The notes under the pieces were generated by a model. That model was not told the origin of the DNA, ran no database searches, and saw only the letters and a list, made by a program, of their open reading frames with translations. A stretch of 64,000 nucleotides of DNA from NCBI GenBank assembly GCA_030837285.1, contig JAUPKU010000162.1:22274-86273 (forward strand). The letters are read 5' to 3'. The stretch's first letter is position 1. Every line of letters begins with the position of its first letter. The stretch is from Thermoproteota archaeon. Its GTDB lineage: Archaea; Thermoproteota; Bathyarchaeia; RBG-16-48-13; GCA-020355125. The position numbers and the translations under genes are program-made. Shown here in pieces: positions 38,464 through 49,547 of this stretch.

Positions 38464-40281
38464 ATGTTTCACATATCTTACTACAATAAGACGGTGAAAA
38501 ATAACTTGGGCACAATAACCCGCCTATTCGGATATCTTAAACCTTACTGGTACCTCGTAGCCGCTTGCCTAATCATGGCTGAGGTTACAGCGTACCTAGG
38601 AGCGCTTGAGCCGATCTACACACAACAAGTAATTGACAACGTCATCGAAAAACAGCAGTACAACCAACTCACCTCTCTCATACTGAGTTTGATAATCATA
38701 GTTGTAGGAAGCGGTTTCATCAGCTACATCGATCACTATATCCAGATGTATGTAACTCAGCGAGTTATGGCCAATATTCGCCGGCTTCTTCTGGACTCCC
38801 TACAGAAGAAGAGCTTCTCCTTCTACGATAGAAACAAGGTGGGGCAACTCGTCTCAAGAGTGACAGTTGATGTTGAGGCAATTGGACGACTATTGGGGAC
38901 GATGATCGAGCACATAGCTTCAACGGTAATGACGGTTACAACCGCGTTTTTCATAATGTACGGGATTAATCCCACTATGGCACTTATCACTATGGCACCA
39001 ATGCCCTTCATCTTCCTACTTTCCATGCGCTTCGCCCAGAAGATGATTCCTCTAATGCGCGAGCAACAGAATATACTAGCAAACATAGGTGTAAGCATAC
39101 AGCAGAACATCTTTGGCATGAAGGTCGTACGAGCATTTCAAGCAGAGGATGAAGCAGTGGAGTCGTATAGGAGTGTAGAGAGAAACTATGTCAACAACGG
39201 TGTACTCTCTGGAAAACTCAGAGCACAGAACATGCCAGTGGGTGGCTACATACTGACTATGGCCGTCGCAGTCATCTACGTCTACGGCGCCAGCATCATT
39301 ATCTCCCCGAATCCCGTATTAACGGTCGGCATGATCTACATGTTCAGCCGCTACGTAACACGTCTGGCAATGCCCTTCAGAATGCTGAGCATGATGATTA
39401 CTCAGTTTACGAATGCACAGGCGGGTGCTGAGCGGGTATTCACGATTATGGATGAGGAGCCAGACATAAAAGAAGATTCTGGCGCCGAAGTACTCCCGCA
39501 CGTTCAAGGTACAGTTGGATTAGAGCACGTTTACTTCGAGTATTTACCTGGAAAGACCGTTCTTGAAGATGTGAACTTCGAAGCAAAGCCAGGAGAGGTC
39601 ATAGCGATTCTAGGTGCAACAGGATCTGGCAAAAGCACACTCATCTACCTGATTCCTAGATTCTATGATGTAACAAAAGGAAGAATAACCATCGACGGAG
39701 TGGACATTCGCGATGTTACAATCAAGTCTCTAAGGCAGCAAGTCGGTGTGGTTCTCCAAGAAATATTCCTATTCACAGGAACTATCCGAGATAATATTGC
39801 CTTCGGCAAACCCGATGCAACCCAAGAGGAAATAGAAAACGCAACCAAACTAGCCAAGGCTCATGACTTCATAATGTCTTTCCCACAGGGCTACGATACA
39901 ATGGTTGGGGAGCGAGGCATAACCCTCTCCGGCGGACAAAAGCAGAGAGTAGCCATCGCTAGAACACTGGTTACAAACCCAAGGATACTAATCCTCGATG
40001 ACTCACTCTCATACGTGGACGCAAAGACTGAGCAGGATATTCAGCAAGCTCTTAAAGCAGTCATGAAAGGAAGGACGACATTCGTCATAGCCCAGCGCCT
40101 CTCAACAATCAAGAATGCAAATAGAATCATGATTCTCGAAAATGGTCGAATTGCAGAGATGGGCACCCATGAGGAGCTAATCGCCTTCGACGGGGTTTAC
40201 AAGCGGATTTACGAGACGCAGTTTGAAGCACTGCTGGAGACACCTCCAATCTACGGAAACAGCGCACAGGAGGGATCCTAA
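38464..40281 (+). CDS. ABC exporter half-transporter (TMD-NBD), degenerate-site subunit
   Basis: Has six-TM ABC_membrane, Walker A GATGSGKST and the canonical signature LSGGQKQR. The Walker B reads ILILDDS, with Asp in place of the catalytic Glu. Confidence 0.9.
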   Translation: MFHISYYNKTVKNNLGTITRLFGYLKPYWYLVAACLIMAEVTAYLGALEPIYTQQVIDNVIEKQQYNQLTSLILSLIIIVVGSGFISYIDHYIQMYVTQRVMANIRRLLLDSLQKKSFSFYDRNKVGQLVSRVTVDVEAIGRLLGTMIEHIASTVMTVTTAFFIMYGINPTMALITMAPMPFIFLLSMRFAQKMIPLMREQQNILANIGVSIQQNIFGMKVVRAFQAEDEAVESYRSVERNYVNNGVLSGKLRAQNMPVGGYILTMAVAVIYVYGASIIISPNPVLTVGMIYMFSRYVTRLAMPFRMLSMMITQFTNAQAGAERVFTIMDEEPDIKEDSGAEVLPHVQGTVGLEHVYFEYLPGKTVLEDVNFEAKPGEVIAILGATGSGKSTLIYLIPRFYDVTKGRITIDGVDIRDVTIKSLRQQVGVVLQEIFLFTGTIRDNIAFGKPDATQEEIENATKLAKAHDFIMSFPQGYDTMVGERGITLSGGQKQRVAIARTLVTNPRILILDDSLSYVDAKTEQDIQQALKAVMKGRTTFVIAQRLSTIKNANRIMILENGRIAEMGTHEELIAFDGVYKRIYETQFEALLETPPIYGNSAQEGS

Positions 40282-40282
40282 A

Positions 40283-42145
40283 GTGGGCTTTGGCGGTGGA
40301 CCAATGGGCCCAGGAATGGGTCCGGGAATGGGTGGTGGTGCAGGAGTCTTTGGCGGTAGATCGGAGCGGGAGGGTAGGAGAAAGCTCTCTGATACAGTCC
40401 TTCTCAAGAGACTTGTACGTTACATGCGACGGTATCAGCACCAACTAATCATAATTATTGCCTCGGTGATTACAAGTTCTCTCTGTAATACGATGATGCC
40501 GTATCTGCACAGTATAGCCATCGATCAAATCATCAGCCCCGGGAACTTCAGCGGCTTCTATTGGTGGGTACCTGTTTTCCTCAGTATCGCCACTTTAGGC
40601 TTTATTACAATGTATTTGCAACAGTATCTCATCGCCTATGTAGGCGAGAATGTTATCTCAGAAGTTCGCCGCGACATGATGAAGCACTTGCAGGTTCTAT
40701 CTCTCAGATACTTCGCTGAGGGAGAAACAGGCAGAGTCATGTCGAGGGTGACTAACGACGCAGAAGCAGTTCGCGTCTTCTTTAGAATGGGGATTACGAC
40801 GGTCTTCATGGACATCGCGACGATAACTGGAGCTCTTGTCCTAATGACATATCTAAACCCTCAACTCACGCTAATATCTGTTATAATGATCCCTATCATA
40901 CTTGGATTCACTTTCATCTTAGGTCATTTCTCGAGGAAAGCATACCGAGTCACTCGTATGACTATTTCCACTGTAACCTCTTTGTCTCAGGAAGCCATAT
41001 CCGGAATGAAGGTAATCCAATCATTCACAAGAGAAGAGGGGACGATGGATACCTTCAACAAAGCCCAAGATGAGAATGTAAAGTCAAATCTTAATGCAGC
41101 AAGAATCTCCCTCAGTTCAATGCCCGTTACAAGCTCGATGCGCATCTTAGGCACAGTTCTAATCCTCTGGTTCGCCACAACTCTGTACCAGTCAGGTGTG
41201 CTAAATGTTTCAACACAGCTTGGAATCTTAGTCGCGTTCCTAGAATACCAGATGCAACTATTCATGCCCCTTATGACCATCAGCCAAGTATACATTCAGT
41301 ATCAGTCGGCGATGTCAGGGCTTGAGCGAATGTTCGACGTACTCGACACAGACGTCGAAGTGAAAGAGCTCCCGCAAAACGAGATCCTGGAGCTTCCACC
41401 CCTAGAAAAGGAAATCCTATTCGACCATGTAACATTTGGCTATGACCAGAAGGTCCCTGTGATACATGATGTATCATTCAACATACCCTACAACCAGAAG
41501 GTCGCCATAGTCGGTCCCACCGGGGCTGGTAAGAGCACACTGATAAACCTTCTATGCAGATTCTATGATCCTCTAAGCGGAAACATCTCCATTGACGGCC
41601 ATGACTTAAAGGCCATCTCCCTCAGCTCACTACGGAGCAAAATCGGCATCGTCCTCCAAGACTCATTTCTCTTCAACACCACAGTTAGAGAGAACATCCG
41701 CTATGGAAGGCCATTAGCGAGCGACGAGGAAGTTATTAACGCAGCTAAGGCAGTTGGCGCTCACGATTTCATCATGCGCTTACCAGACGGATATGACATG
41801 GTGATAAGCGAAGGCTCCTCAAACATATCCTTAGGCCAGAGGCAGCTTATCTCATTCGCCAGAGCGCTACTCGTGGACCCCACGATACTCATCCTAGACG
41901 AAGCAACCTCCAGCGTCGACCCCTACACTGAGCTCATCATACAGAACGCCCTCCAGAAGCTCTTAGAGAATCGCACAGCTATAATCATCGCCCACCGCCT
42001 CTCAACCGTGAGATCCGCCAACAAGATAGTAGTCCTTAACGGCGGGCAGATCGTCGAGGAAGGAACACACAGGCAGCTACTTGGCAAGGACGGATTATAC
42101 AGCCTCCTGTATCGAAGCCAACTGAGAGACGACATCAAAGTCTGA
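40283..42145 (+). CDS. ABC exporter half-transporter (TMD-NBD), consensus-site subunit
   Basis: GTG 40283 follows the upstream TAA by 1 nt and an AGGAGGG box. Has a Gly/Pro/Met-rich N-tail, Walker A GPTGAGKST, Walker B ILILDEAT and a degenerate signature ISLGQRQ. Confidence 0.9.
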   Translation: MGFGGGPMGPGMGPGMGGGAGVFGGRSEREGRRKLSDTVLLKRLVRYMRRYQHQLIIIIASVITSSLCNTMMPYLHSIAIDQIISPGNFSGFYWWVPVFLSIATLGFITMYLQQYLIAYVGENVISEVRRDMMKHLQVLSLRYFAEGETGRVMSRVTNDAEAVRVFFRMGITTVFMDIATITGALVLMTYLNPQLTLISVIMIPIILGFTFILGHFSRKAYRVTRMTISTVTSLSQEAISGMKVIQSFTREEGTMDTFNKAQDENVKSNLNAARISLSSMPVTSSMRILGTVLILWFATTLYQSGVLNVSTQLGILVAFLEYQMQLFMPLMTISQVYIQYQSAMSGLERMFDVLDTDVEVKELPQNEILELPPLEKEILFDHVTFGYDQKVPVIHDVSFNIPYNQKVAIVGPTGAGKSTLINLLCRFYDPLSGNISIDGHDLKAISLSSLRSKIGIVLQDSFLFNTTVRENIRYGRPLASDEEVINAAKAVGAHDFIMRLPDGYDMVISEGSSNISLGQRQLISFARALLVDPTILILDEATSSVDPYTELIIQNALQKLLENRTAIIIAHRLSTVRSANKIVVLNGGQIVEEGTHRQLLGKDGLYSLLYRSQLRDDIKV

Positions 42146-42236
42146 ACGTAATAAAATAAACCCGGAAACGAGCTCCTACATCCTCTAATTCAATCCAAGT
42201 CTCAATCCATTTTTCTATTCTTTTAGGAAATTGTAA

Positions 42237-43292
42237 CTACTCTGTTATTTCTTGCATGTCTATTTGTAGTTTATCTGCCAAGATTTTAAATTCTGTCCAA
42301 GTGATATCTGCTAATGGTATTCCCTCTGCCAGTCTCTTCTTCTCCATTCTCTCTTCAGGATCTCCTGGGACTAGAATATCATTAGAGCCTGGTGCTTTCT
42401 TCGAGTTCCTCATTGCTTTAACTATTGTCTCCATCTGTTTTCTAAACTCCGTGATGTCGATGAATGAGCTAATGTTTATTGCCTCAAAGAAGACGCCGTT
42501 ACCTCCCTTGAACTCGCTGTTGTATTCACATCCAGTGCCACTCATTATTCCGGCGAGGATTTCAGTCATCAAGCTCAAGCCGTATCCCTTATACGCCGCG
42601 TAGCCTCCAAATGGTAGGATTGCTCCTCCGGAGTAGAGGTCGCTTGGATTGATACTAGGTTTTCCTTCTTTGTCCAAAATCCATCCCTCTGGAAGCTGCT
42701 GCTTGCTTTGAAGTCTCACCCATACTTTTCCTTCAGCACAGACGCTTGTAGCCATATCAAATACAAAAGGTCTCCCCTCTGCTGAAGGAGCAGCAAAGCT
42801 TATCGGGTTTGTACCGAGCATTCTCTCCATCCCGCCGAATGGTACCACCATCTTCGAAGCATTAACAAAAGCTAGGCCTATCATATTCTTCTCCGCAGCC
42901 ATAAGAGTATAATCAGCAAGCCTTCCAACGTGATTGCAGTTAAAGACAGAGGAAACTCCTATTGTATTCCTCTCAGCCTTCTCTATTGCAATCCCCATTG
43001 CCTTAATCCCCACCACTTGGCCGAAGCCCCAGTTTCCATTCAGGAGAACTGATGAAGGCGTCTCTCGTACAACCTCTAATCTGGCGCCGGGCTTAATTCT
43101 CTTCTCCAATAAATTGTTAGTATATCGTAGTATGCGAATTATTCCATGTGAGTCATGACCTGCAAGATTAGCTCTTACAAGGAAGTCCGACACCAGTTCA
43201 GCCTCTTCCTTCATAGCCCCAGCCGCTGTCAGATATTTTTCCCCAAGCTGCCTCAGTTTATCAGCTGATAGAACAATCATACACAATCCCAT
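42237..43292 (-). CDS. Ldh_2 family (malate/L-lactate/sulfolactate) dehydrogenase
   Basis: Shows ..LAGHDSHGIIRI.., ..NPISFAAP.. and ..GYGLSLMTEILAG.., the typical family pattern. Confidence 0.8.
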   Translation of the reverse strand: MGLCMIVLSADKLRQLGEKYLTAAGAMKEEAELVSDFLVRANLAGHDSHGIIRILRYTNNLLEKRIKPGARLEVVRETPSSVLLNGNWGFGQVVGIKAMGIAIEKAERNTIGVSSVFNCNHVGRLADYTLMAAEKNMIGLAFVNASKMVVPFGGMERMLGTNPISFAAPSAEGRPFVFDMATSVCAEGKVWVRLQSKQQLPEGWILDKEGKPSINPSDLYSGGAILPFGGYAAYKGYGLSLMTEILAGIMSGTGCEYNSEFKGGNGVFFEAINISSFIDITEFRKQMETIVKAMRNSKKAPGSNDILVPGDPEERMEKKRLAEGIPLADITWTEFKILADKLQIDMQEITE

Positions 43293-43375
43293 ACTCTAGA
43301 TATCCTCAGAAGATTCTAAAAACTTTCCATAGGAGAATTCTTAAAGCAGGCGTACCTTAAGCATTTAAGATAAAA

Positions 43376-44140
43376 ATGGACGGGATAAATCTAGAATCAG
43401 TGACAAAATCCTTCGGCTCCAAGGTTGCCGTGAGAGACCTGACCCTCTATGTTGCGCCAGGGGAGATTCATGGTCTTCTAGGCCCCAACGGTTCAGGCAA
43501 AAGCACAACTATGAAGATGGTTATGGGCATTGTAAAACCCGACCGCGGTCAGATAAATCTGTTCGGAGCAGATGTATTGCATCGCCCCGTAGAGGCTAAA
43601 AGACTTGTAGGATACGTTCCCGAGTTGCCTTACCTCTACGAGTACTTGACTCCTTCAGAATACCTAGACTTCATAGGCACCGCCTACCACATAGACGTGA
43701 AGACCAGAAGGGAGAGAGTTGATGAGCTCTTGGAAGCACTGCAAATGAGAGAACACATCAACGAGGTCATGAGTGGTTTCTCTCAAGGGATGAAGCAGAA
43801 GATCGCCATAACCGCTTCTCTCCTCCACCGGCCAAAAGCCCTCATTCTGGATGAGCCGCTAAACGGTTTAGACCCTCGGTCAGTCAGGATTGTCAAGGAT
43901 ATCCTTCAGCGTCTCACTGGAGAAGGTGTAGCCGTCCTCTTCAGCACCCACGTTCTTGAGATCGCTGAAGCCATGTGCCACAAGATTACAATAATGAGTG
44001 AAGGAACTATCTTAGCGGAGGGAACCATGCAGGAACTTAGATCCAAGGCTGGAATGCCAGGTTCGACGTTGGAGGATACGTTTTTAAAGCTCACTGGCAG
44101 CGAAGACACTGAGAAGATAGTTGAGGCACTGAAGCTTTGA
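43376..44140 (+). CDS. ABC transporter ATP-binding protein (ABC-2 type)
   Basis: Has GPNGSGKST, FSQGMKQK, LILDEPLNGLD and an H-loop STHVL. Confidence 0.9.
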   Translation: MDGINLESVTKSFGSKVAVRDLTLYVAPGEIHGLLGPNGSGKSTTMKMVMGIVKPDRGQINLFGADVLHRPVEAKRLVGYVPELPYLYEYLTPSEYLDFIGTAYHIDVKTRRERVDELLEALQMREHINEVMSGFSQGMKQKIAITASLLHRPKALILDEPLNGLDPRSVRIVKDILQRLTGEGVAVLFSTHVLEIAEAMCHKITIMSEGTILAEGTMQELRSKAGMPGSTLEDTFLKLTGSEDTEKIVEALKL

Positions 44141-45771
44141 ATCTGTCAACAGTCCTGAGCCTCGCAGCAGTCTTATTCAAGTCATACTTCCGAGCGAGTA
44201 GACCGGGGTATAGAAGTCCGTTCTCTAATCCCCGCGTAGTCATTCTGGTAGACGTGGTACTCTTCACAGCTTCCTTTGGATTGATTTCCTATCTACTACC
44301 CTCTCTTCCATCAGATCTCACAATCTTGCTTCAACCTGTTGTTGCACAGGCCATAGTAGGACTCCCCGTCATCTTAACTTCGGCAGTTATACTAGCGGGG
44401 ATACTCTTTGAACTGGGGCAGACAAGTGGTCTCGCCTCAAGTGAAGCAGTGAACTGGCTTCCAGTTACCCCACAAGAATACGTCATAGGATCCAGTGTCT
44501 CAGTGTGCTTTGCCTATTCACTCTTCCCCGCTCTTGCATTCGGCTTAACTATACCACTTGCCTTACGCTTCGGAATGTCTTCTGTGATTCCATTCTTCGT
44601 CCTAATTTCTCTTCTCTCCTTCCTCTGGGGAGCCGTTATCGTTGAGACACTCAGAGCAGTAATGAACCGTATTTCCACCAGCGTTTACAAGAGAAGCGGC
44701 AGATTCGGCGTTGTCTTACGCCTAGCCCTCCTAGTCACCTTACTTGTTGCCGTACAAATCGCATTCAATCCTTACATCCTCTACGCAGTTCTCTCAAGCA
44801 TCGTTAGTGGCATAAACCTAGCCTGGTTTGTTCCAATGGTTTGGCCTTCTGTAGTTGTTTTGTCCCTTCTATTATCTGATAATACAAGGGCCGCCGTGTT
44901 CGTCCTTCTCTCCGCTGTATTCACATTCCTAATCCTAGAATCTGCAGCTTGGCTTAGAGTCAGATACTGGTCGCCAATGGCTGTTACTATATCCGTCTCC
45001 ACTTCAACCGTCTATACTCCAAAAGAGAGGTCCTTTCTGTGGCTAGATTCTGTAAGCTTCTCGTTGGCTTCCAAAGAACTAAAATCCCTCTCTAGACGAA
45101 AGGACATGGCTAGATTCCTTGCTATACCCATAATGCTTGTAATAGTGACCATACTTCCAATAATAACCTCTGGCGAAGACTCGCAGACTGCCTTGTCCGG
45201 GGTAAGCCTCCTCCTCCTCAGCGAAGCCTCAATCATCCTGCCGATAATGCTATCCTCGGTGAGCATAGGTCAGGAGGGAAGATCCATCACCAACATCTAC
45301 ATGCTTCCCATCTCTGCAGAGGAACTCATCAAGGGAAAGCTCTTCCATGCTTGGATCATCTCAGGAGTGGCTGTGTTCGGCATAGCAGTGCTCATGCAGA
45401 TTCTAGCACCTGTATCACCCTTACAGTTCCTGGTAACACTCGTCGCCATAGCATTCATAGTAGTTACAGAGGGATATATCGGACTTGGAGCTGGCTCACG
45501 CCACCCCGACTTCACAATAGGACCCAGAGCGAGATACGTCACATTCACAGGCTTCATAATCGCCTTTGCCTTGGGACTCGCGGTTACAGCCACCACTCTA
45601 CTCCCTCTTATATTATACTTCACCGGATTCTTCACGATATTAATCGGAGGCTCCATATCAATTCTGCTAACAATCATGTCAACGATAGTAGTGGGAATGG
45701 CTCTTCTAATCCTCGCCCGCTCCTACTGCAAGAGAGGTGTAGAGAAGTTCCTCTCTAACATGGAAGTCTAG
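44137..45771 (+). CDS. Large polytopic membrane protein, putative ABC-2 permease partner
   Basis: Overlaps the ATPase gene by 4 nt. A 544-aa protein with more than 10 hydrophobic segments. Confidence 0.6.
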   Translation: MNLSTVLSLAAVLFKSYFRASRPGYRSPFSNPRVVILVDVVLFTASFGLISYLLPSLPSDLTILLQPVVAQAIVGLPVILTSAVILAGILFELGQTSGLASSEAVNWLPVTPQEYVIGSSVSVCFAYSLFPALAFGLTIPLALRFGMSSVIPFFVLISLLSFLWGAVIVETLRAVMNRISTSVYKRSGRFGVVLRLALLVTLLVAVQIAFNPYILYAVLSSIVSGINLAWFVPMVWPSVVVLSLLLSDNTRAAVFVLLSAVFTFLILESAAWLRVRYWSPMAVTISVSTSTVYTPKERSFLWLDSVSFSLASKELKSLSRRKDMARFLAIPIMLVIVTILPIITSGEDSQTALSGVSLLLLSEASIILPIMLSSVSIGQEGRSITNIYMLPISAEELIKGKLFHAWIISGVAVFGIAVLMQILAPVSPLQFLVTLVAIAFIVVTEGYIGLGAGSRHPDFTIGPRARYVTFTGFIIAFALGLAVTATTLLPLILYFTGFFTILIGGSISILLTIMSTIVVGMALLILARSYCKRGVEKFLSNMEV

Positions 45772-45847
45772 CCTCCATTTCATAAGACTCCCACCAACCT
45801 TTCTCTTTACTACGTATCATTTTCAATAGAACCAGCTTTGAAGACGC

Positions 45848-46669
45848 TCACTTCTCCGCAGTGATCCTTATCCAATGATGATTAAAGTTGATTCTACTAC
45901 CATCTTCAAAACGTAGGTTAATACCGCCTGTCACTCCAGCCTCAGCCAGATATTTCATAACTGTGAAGAGAGGTCTTTCACGCTCAGGCGCATTGGCTAT
46001 TTTGATCCACTCTCCAAATTCCCGTTCGTTGATCCACTCATCCAAACCAGTAATCTTAAGACCAGATGTCTCTACAAAACTCTTAAGTTCTTTAAATGAA
46101 AGCATTTTAAGATGGGAAGGATCGCGGAGAGCCTCCAGAGCATTGTGAATTTCAGCTTCTCTTGTGTTCTCAGAGGAGATCACATCCGCTATTATCAATT
46201 TCCCGCCCCTTCGAAGAACCCTAACCATCTCACCCAAAACTCTTGCTGGCGATGTGAAATGATGAAACGTCAGACGAGTCACAATGGCATCGAAGTATGA
46301 GTCTCCGAAAGGTAGGTTTTCGGCCTCGCCAACCTCGAATCGAACATTTTGTAATCCAAGTTTAATGCTTCTCTGGCAGGCACGCTCAATCATTTCAGGA
46401 GTAATGTCAAGGCCAACCACCTCACTCACATGAGAAGCAAGAGCCGTTGTGAGAATGCCTGGACCACAACCCAAATCCAAAACGCGGATACTACCCTGCA
46501 TCTCGATGACAGGAGCGCTTATTCTATCGATTATCTCTTTATCAGAGAACAATCTTGATTCTTGCATAGACTCTGATTGACGAGCGAACTCCTTTTTTAC
46601 AGTGAAATTGTGGTCTTGATTTCCATCTTTTGAAGACATAAGAATTATCATCTCATGAAATCTAGACAC
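45848..46669 (-). CDS. Class I SAM-dependent methyltransferase
   Basis: Has motif I VLDLGCGPG, FDAIV, and the post-motif RVLRRGGKLIIAD. Confidence 0.8.
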   Translation of the reverse strand: MSRFHEMIILMSSKDGNQDHNFTVKKEFARQSESMQESRLFSDKEIIDRISAPVIEMQGSIRVLDLGCGPGILTTALASHVSEVVGLDITPEMIERACQRSIKLGLQNVRFEVGEAENLPFGDSYFDAIVTRLTFHHFTSPARVLGEMVRVLRRGGKLIIADVISSENTREAEIHNALEALRDPSHLKMLSFKELKSFVETSGLKITGLDEWINEREFGEWIKIANAPERERPLFTVMKYLAEAGVTGGINLRFEDGSRINFNHHWIRITAEK

Positions 46670-46747
46670 TGGTTGATATTGTTTTGCATTCGAAAAGGCT
46701 AGTTTTCATTTCGAGACCCTTGTTAGGATTTGTACATTCATTTTCGT

Positions 46748-47221
46748 TCAGAGGTTCTTCCATCCCATCGCGGGCGGTTCAATTCCCATTTGCCATAGAA
46801 GAGCGATTAGTTCACCTCTATGATGAACTTCCTCTTCAAAGAGGTGAATAAGAACATCTTCACCTGTTACCTCTATAGTCGTATCAGACTTAACTCTCTT
46901 GTATTTCATCGCTAATCTGCTAGGGGTCAGAGAATCAAGGAATATCCTCATGCGTGCTTCTACACGCTCCATGTATTCTAGGATATCTTTCACATTCTCG
47001 TATTCTTCGTATCTTCCTTGGGTGCGGCGATGCTCTCCTAACAGAAAGTCAAGCCAGTAATCGCTGCATCCCATGGTGTGTATGAAAATGTTACGGAGAG
47101 ACTGAAAACTGGCTTCACGATTTTTAACTAGTTCATCCCATGGAAGACTTGCGAGAGTCTCAAAGTATTTGTGTCTAATTTCCTCATTGTATCTCAGAAG
47201 CTCTACTATGGATATCATCAA
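46748..47221 (-). CDS. DinB-family (four-helix bundle, metal-binding) protein
   Basis: Shows the His-triad pattern ..IFIHTMG.., ..EEEVHHRGELIALL.. Confidence 0.65.
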   Translation of the reverse strand: MMISIVELLRYNEEIRHKYFETLASLPWDELVKNREASFQSLRNIFIHTMGCSDYWLDFLLGEHRRTQGRYEEYENVKDILEYMERVEARMRIFLDSLTPSRLAMKYKRVKSDTTIEVTGEDVLIHLFEEEVHHRGELIALLWQMGIEPPAMGWKNL

Positions 47222-47377
47222 TTCATCCTCTTGACAATAAATCCCTGAATTTTACCTCTCTAATAGTTGCTCTATTACTTTTACACCTTGCCAAAAGTCC
47301 TTCGCATACGTAGCGTCAACTTTCTTAGATATTTTCGTCTAATCATTTCCTCGCTTTTGATTCAAGAATTTAATTGT

Positions 47378-48539
47378 TCATACCCGTAATCTCAAAGGAT
47401 ACTTTCCATACTTCCTAGCCTCGTCAACATAGAAGAGGATATTTTCGAACTTCACATTAGGATGCATGGAGTTGCTCTCAGAAAGCACGAAGCCTCCACC
47501 TTGCGCAGCAGTATCTATGCAGCGTCTGACGTCTCTCCTTACATCTTCTTCACTTCCATTCGGAAGGATCCATGTGCAGTCGACGTTGCCTTGAATGTAA
47601 ACTCTTCCTCTATATCGCTTCTTAACATCGGCGATATCCATAACCTGTGGCTCAATCGGAATGATCACATCGATTCCAAGTGCTATTAGTGCATCCAAAA
47701 TCGGGTAGAGGTTACCATCTGAGTGCTTCAAGTAAGTGATTCCATGCCGATGGCAAATTCCCGTCATCTCCTCAATATATGAAAAGACAAGTTTAGTATT
47801 GGGAGCCTGTAAAATTGTGTCATCTTTCCCTGCTATGTCATCAGACTCCGATATTGCGTCTACACCTCTATCAATCATATTCATCGCTATCTTCAGCTGC
47901 ATATCTCCAACCATCCTCGTCAAGCTTCGGGCGAAATTCCGATTCAAGTATACGTCTCGGCAGTACTTGTCCAAGCCGCCTCGTATCAGTAGGGAAACAT
48001 GCCAGCCAAGTGTATCCCCTATGACCGGATACTCGTCACTCGCAAGTTTCACTACCAAATCAACAATATCATAGTTCATCTCATCGGGATCAGGAGGAAC
48101 GAAATTGGTCAAGTCCTCCTCACTCTTTATGATACCGTCAACCCAGTAGTTAGTACTAACTTCAGGAGCCAACCTGTATATCTTACCCCAGAAGTCTTTG
48201 TAAGTGTAAGTATCAAGCATTGTCGGCGTATAGTTTTGTGGATGAATGTTGTAATCAGATACATTGTAAAGGTCCGTTCCCAGCTTCCGAATTGCCTCAA
48301 AGAGGAGCTTCTGGTTCCTAAGTTGTGCTTCATGGAATTCAGGCTGAGCTTCTCACATTTCTTCCCTCCGATCCACCACCGTGATGAACACCTACCACAC
48401 TGGCTGCCTTCCTTCCAGTCAAAATCTCCAAAAACTTCGTGTCAAGGCCAGCTGAAACCGGAACCATATCAGGCTCCTCATGGCGAATTGCCGTAAAGAA
48501 CCGTTCCTTATGAGTAATCAATTCAAAGCAGATCTTCAT
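47378..48539 (-). pseudogene. Decayed URO-D family (MtaA/CmuA-like methyltransferase or decarboxylase) gene
   Basis: The N-terminus MKICFELITHKERFFTAIRHEEPDMVPV lies in one frame (48539-48339). After a 1-nt shift near 48400 and an in-frame TGA (..VDRREEM*EAQPEF..), the body continues in the 280-aa ORF (..LKHSDGNLYPILDALIALGIDVI..). Confidence 0.65.
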
Positions 48540-48769
48540 TAACCCTTATGAGAATCTCAGAATTTAGTTCTTTCCTCCTCTCATATCCAGACTTTTTAGA
48601 AATTAAGTATAAACAGAAAAACAACAAATTTCCAAAGTGGATACCTTGCGGTTACACCAGATAAATGATTTGAATATGCACAGCGGAATAAGAAATTGCC
48701 TATTCAACGAAATTCGAAGATTTGGCACGTGTATTCCAAGAATGAGTTGTTAATCAAGCACCATTTGGT

Positions 48770-49339
48770 TTATGTGCCTTTCATCTTCTCTACATACTCG
48801 TTCGCACGCTTTCTTTGAACGTACTTCTCTTCTAGCCAGTCAACATCGTGGAGCGAAGCCATGCCCATAGAGTCTATCCTGAAGAAAGCGCTTTCCGCCA
48901 ACTTCTTCGCTATTCTGTGATGCTCTATTTCATCGTCCCTCAGCTTCTTTATAAGCTCAGATAACCCTCCTATCTCCCTTATCCAGCCGTTCTTCAACAT
49001 CTTATTCGCAGCGTCTATCGACTCCTTCTCCAATTCAACATGATGCTGCATCCCTCTCAATATTTCAACTTTCTCTGGCTTCAAGACATCGTTTCCTTCA
49101 AGAACCTCAATGGCTGTCATGCAAATATCAACATGTTTCCTTGAGTCCACTGCCAGCATGTTCAGTATATGCTTTACAGCGCTGCTCTGGATGTTAGACT
49201 CCGTTTCGTCATACAGCCGAATTAGCTCGCCTTCAACCTTCAATTGTGTGCGAAGGAGTTCAAGTGCGTCTTTCTTCTCCTTTTCCTCTCTTTCCTTCAT
49301 AAGAGAGTACATGTCTTTAATCATATGACCACTTACCAT
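48770..49339 (-). CDS. Ferritin-like/rubrerythrin-like helical protein
   Basis: Helical protein with ..VEGELIRLY.., ..DSRKHVD.., ..ELEKESID.. and ..DDEIEHHRIA.. This is a weak family call. Confidence 0.45.
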   Translation of the reverse strand: MVSGHMIKDMYSLMKEREEKEKKDALELLRTQLKVEGELIRLYDETESNIQSSAVKHILNMLAVDSRKHVDICMTAIEVLEGNDVLKPEKVEILRGMQHHVELEKESIDAANKMLKNGWIREIGGLSELIKKLRDDEIEHHRIAKKLAESAFFRIDSMGMASLHDVDWLEEKYVQRKRANEYVEKMKGT

Positions 49340-49547
49340 CTATCAGATTATAATCTTATTCAAGAGGACTATAAATATGGCGTCCACTCCATTTAGTCCT
49401 TGCCCATCCAATAACAAGTTCAAAAGACTCAAATGTCTTCTTTCCACCAATCCTTATCATAAAACCAATTTCCTCTAAATCTCAAGTTCTCCTATATCAT
49501 GAACTCCATAATACGCAGAGATGTAAAGTAGATAAAGCGAATTCAAC

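Noticed and set aside
40223-40282. Listed start of the second ABC subunit at 40223, overlapping the first gene by 59 nt.
   Set aside because: GTG 40283 directly follows the upstream TAA and an AGGAGGG box, and it begins the Gly-rich tail typical of this subunit class. The extension MKHCWRHLQSTETAHRRDPK looks like read-through of the other frame.
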